A DNA stretch of 63,973 nucleotides, counting the filler, from Collodictyon triciliatum (lineage: Eukaryota): NCBI GenBank assembly GCA_043381765.1. It is 5 parts of 5 records of this genome, joined end to end, with 100 filler letters (N's around TTAATTAATTAA, not from the genome) between each part and the next. Parts side by side here need not be neighbours in the genome. Positions count along the whole stretch, not along the records: positions 62,304 to 63,973 come from JBHJMP010001573.1; 4 more parts are not named here. The stretch is one strand, 5' to 3'. Below, piece after piece: positions 62,460-63,973 of this stretch. The translations under genes and the position numbers were made by a program. Every line of letters begins with the position of its first letter. The first letter of the stretch is position 1. Below the pieces are notes generated by a model, which did not search any database, was not told the DNA's origin, and saw only the letters and a program-made list of their open reading frames with translations.

Positions 62460-63842
62460 GCATTTCTCATCTCCTCTATTCTTTTTTTTTCTCTTCTTTT
62501 TGTTTCTTTCTTTTTGTTTTTGTTTTGTTTTTTCTTCTCTTTCTTTCTTTTCTTTTCTTTTTCTTCTTTTCTTTTTTTCTTTTCTTTTTTTTTTTCTTTT
62601 CTTTTCTTCTCTTTTTTCTTTTTTTTTCTTCTTTTTCTTCTTTCTTTTCTTTTCTTTTCTTCTTTTTCTTTTCTTTTTTTCTTTTCTTTTCTTCTCTTTT
62701 CTTCTCTTCTCTCTTTTCTCTTTTCTTTTTTTTTTCTCTTTCTTCTCTTTTCTTTTTTTTCTTCTTTCTTCCTCTTTTCTTCTCTTTTTTCTCTTCCTTT
62801 TCTTTTTTCTTCCTTTTTTTTTTCTCCTTCTTTTTTTCTTCCTTTTCTTTTTTGTTGGTTTTTTTTTTTTTTCCTCCTTTCTTTTTTTTTTTCTTTTTTT
62901 TTTTTCTTTTTTTTCTTTCTTTTCTCCTTCCTCTCTTTTTTTCCTCTCTTTCACTTTTCTGTTTCTTTCTTTTCTTCTCTTTTTCTCCTTCATTCTCCTC
63001 TTCTTCTCTTTTTTTTCTTCTCTTTTTTTATTTTTTCTTTCCTCTTCGACTTGTTTTTTCCTTTTTCTTTCCCTTTTTTCCCCTCTCTTCCCTTCCTCCC
63101 CTTCCCTCGCCGGTCCCCCTTTTCTTCTCCCCCCTCCTCTCCTCCCTTCTCTTTGTTTCCCTCTCTTTCCCCTTCGTTTCCTCTCTCCTCCACTTTTATG
63201 TCCTCTCCTCTTTTCTCTTCCTTCTGTTTCTTCGTTTTTTTTCTTTTTGTTCTTTTTTTCTCTTTTTTTTTCCTTCCCTCTTCACTTTTCTCGTCCCCCC
63301 CTTCCCCTTTCTCTCTCTTTTGTTCTTTTATCTTTTTTCCCCCTTTTTTCTCTTTGTTTTTTCTACACTTTCTTTTCTTTTTTTCGCTTTGTTCCTCCTT
63401 CTCCTCGCCTCTCTTTTTTCCATCTCCCTTCAGTTTTTGTCTTTCTCCCTGTTCTTCCTTTCACTTTCTTTTCTCTCCTTTCTTCTCTTTTCCTTCTTCT
63501 CTTCTTCCCTTCTCTTTCTTTTTCCTCTCTCCCTCCCCTTCTCCTCTATCTTTCTCCTCTTTCCTCTCTCTTTCTGTCTTCTTTTCTCCTTTTTGCTCTT
63601 CTCCTCCCTCTCCTCCTATCTGTGTTCGTTTTCTCATTCCTTTCTCCACTTGGCTCTCCCTCCTTTTCCTTCTCCTCTCTCTTCTTCTTCTCTCTCTCCC
63701 ACTTTTTCTCTCTCTCTTCTTTCTCCCCTTTCCTCCTCCCCTTTCTTTCTTCTCTTTCTCCCTTCTTTTCTCTCCTCTTTCTCCTCTTCTTTCTTCTGTC
63801 TCTTCTCCCTTCTTCTCTTTCTTCTCTTTCTTCCTCATTTTG
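62460..63842 (+). repeat. About 1.4-kb aperiodic polypyrimidine (C/T) low-complexity tract
   Basis: The + strand has almost no purines. Confidence 0.9.
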
Positions 63843-63973
63843 TCATGGTGAGCTCTCGCAGTGACTCAACACCAATAGAAAAATAAAAAAGCCAAAATCC
63901 AGCTTTTTTACATAAAGCGGCAATAAACCCCTTCATATCCATCACCGCTCACCGTGCGAACGAACACTTGCAC

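Noticed and set aside
62306-63886. Long Phe/Ser/Leu-rich ORFs and their Lys/Arg/Glu-rich antisense ORFs
   Set aside because: They are stop-free only because the tract lacks purines. There is no protein-like signal.

Overview
This is eukaryotic nuclear DNA, probably from an aerobic protist. It is intron-dense (mostly GT-AG), AT-rich and rich in microsatellites. It is not one locus: four identical 100-nt linkers (44 N + TTAATTAATTAA + 44 N) join five contigs. By manual splicing I identify these genes: a tandem pair of intronless 4-TM membrane-protein paralogs, an SH3-less ABI (SCAR/WAVE complex) protein, an unknown protein with a C-terminal BTK-like zinc motif, complex I subunit NDUFB3, splicing factor Cwc2, a secreted M28 peptidase, the 3' part of USP39/Sad1, a fused desaturase, a very GC-rich cyclin-fold gene, a mitochondrial PPR-like protein, NDUFAF6, a compact MLL3/4-like (KMT2) methyltransferase, an unknown helical protein, a probable GRIP-type golgin, the Rieske protein RFESD, and two convergent NHL-repeat genes. 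The strongest candidate for something new is the 13-exon gene at 20987-25592. It fuses a cyanobacterial/plastid-type (DesA/FAD6-like) omega-6 desaturase domain, whose third His box is degenerate, in frame to an intact Ole1-type delta-9 desaturase and a cytochrome b5 domain. The fusion junction lies inside a single exon. Gene models are hand-built, family calls rest on remembered motifs, and no database search was run.
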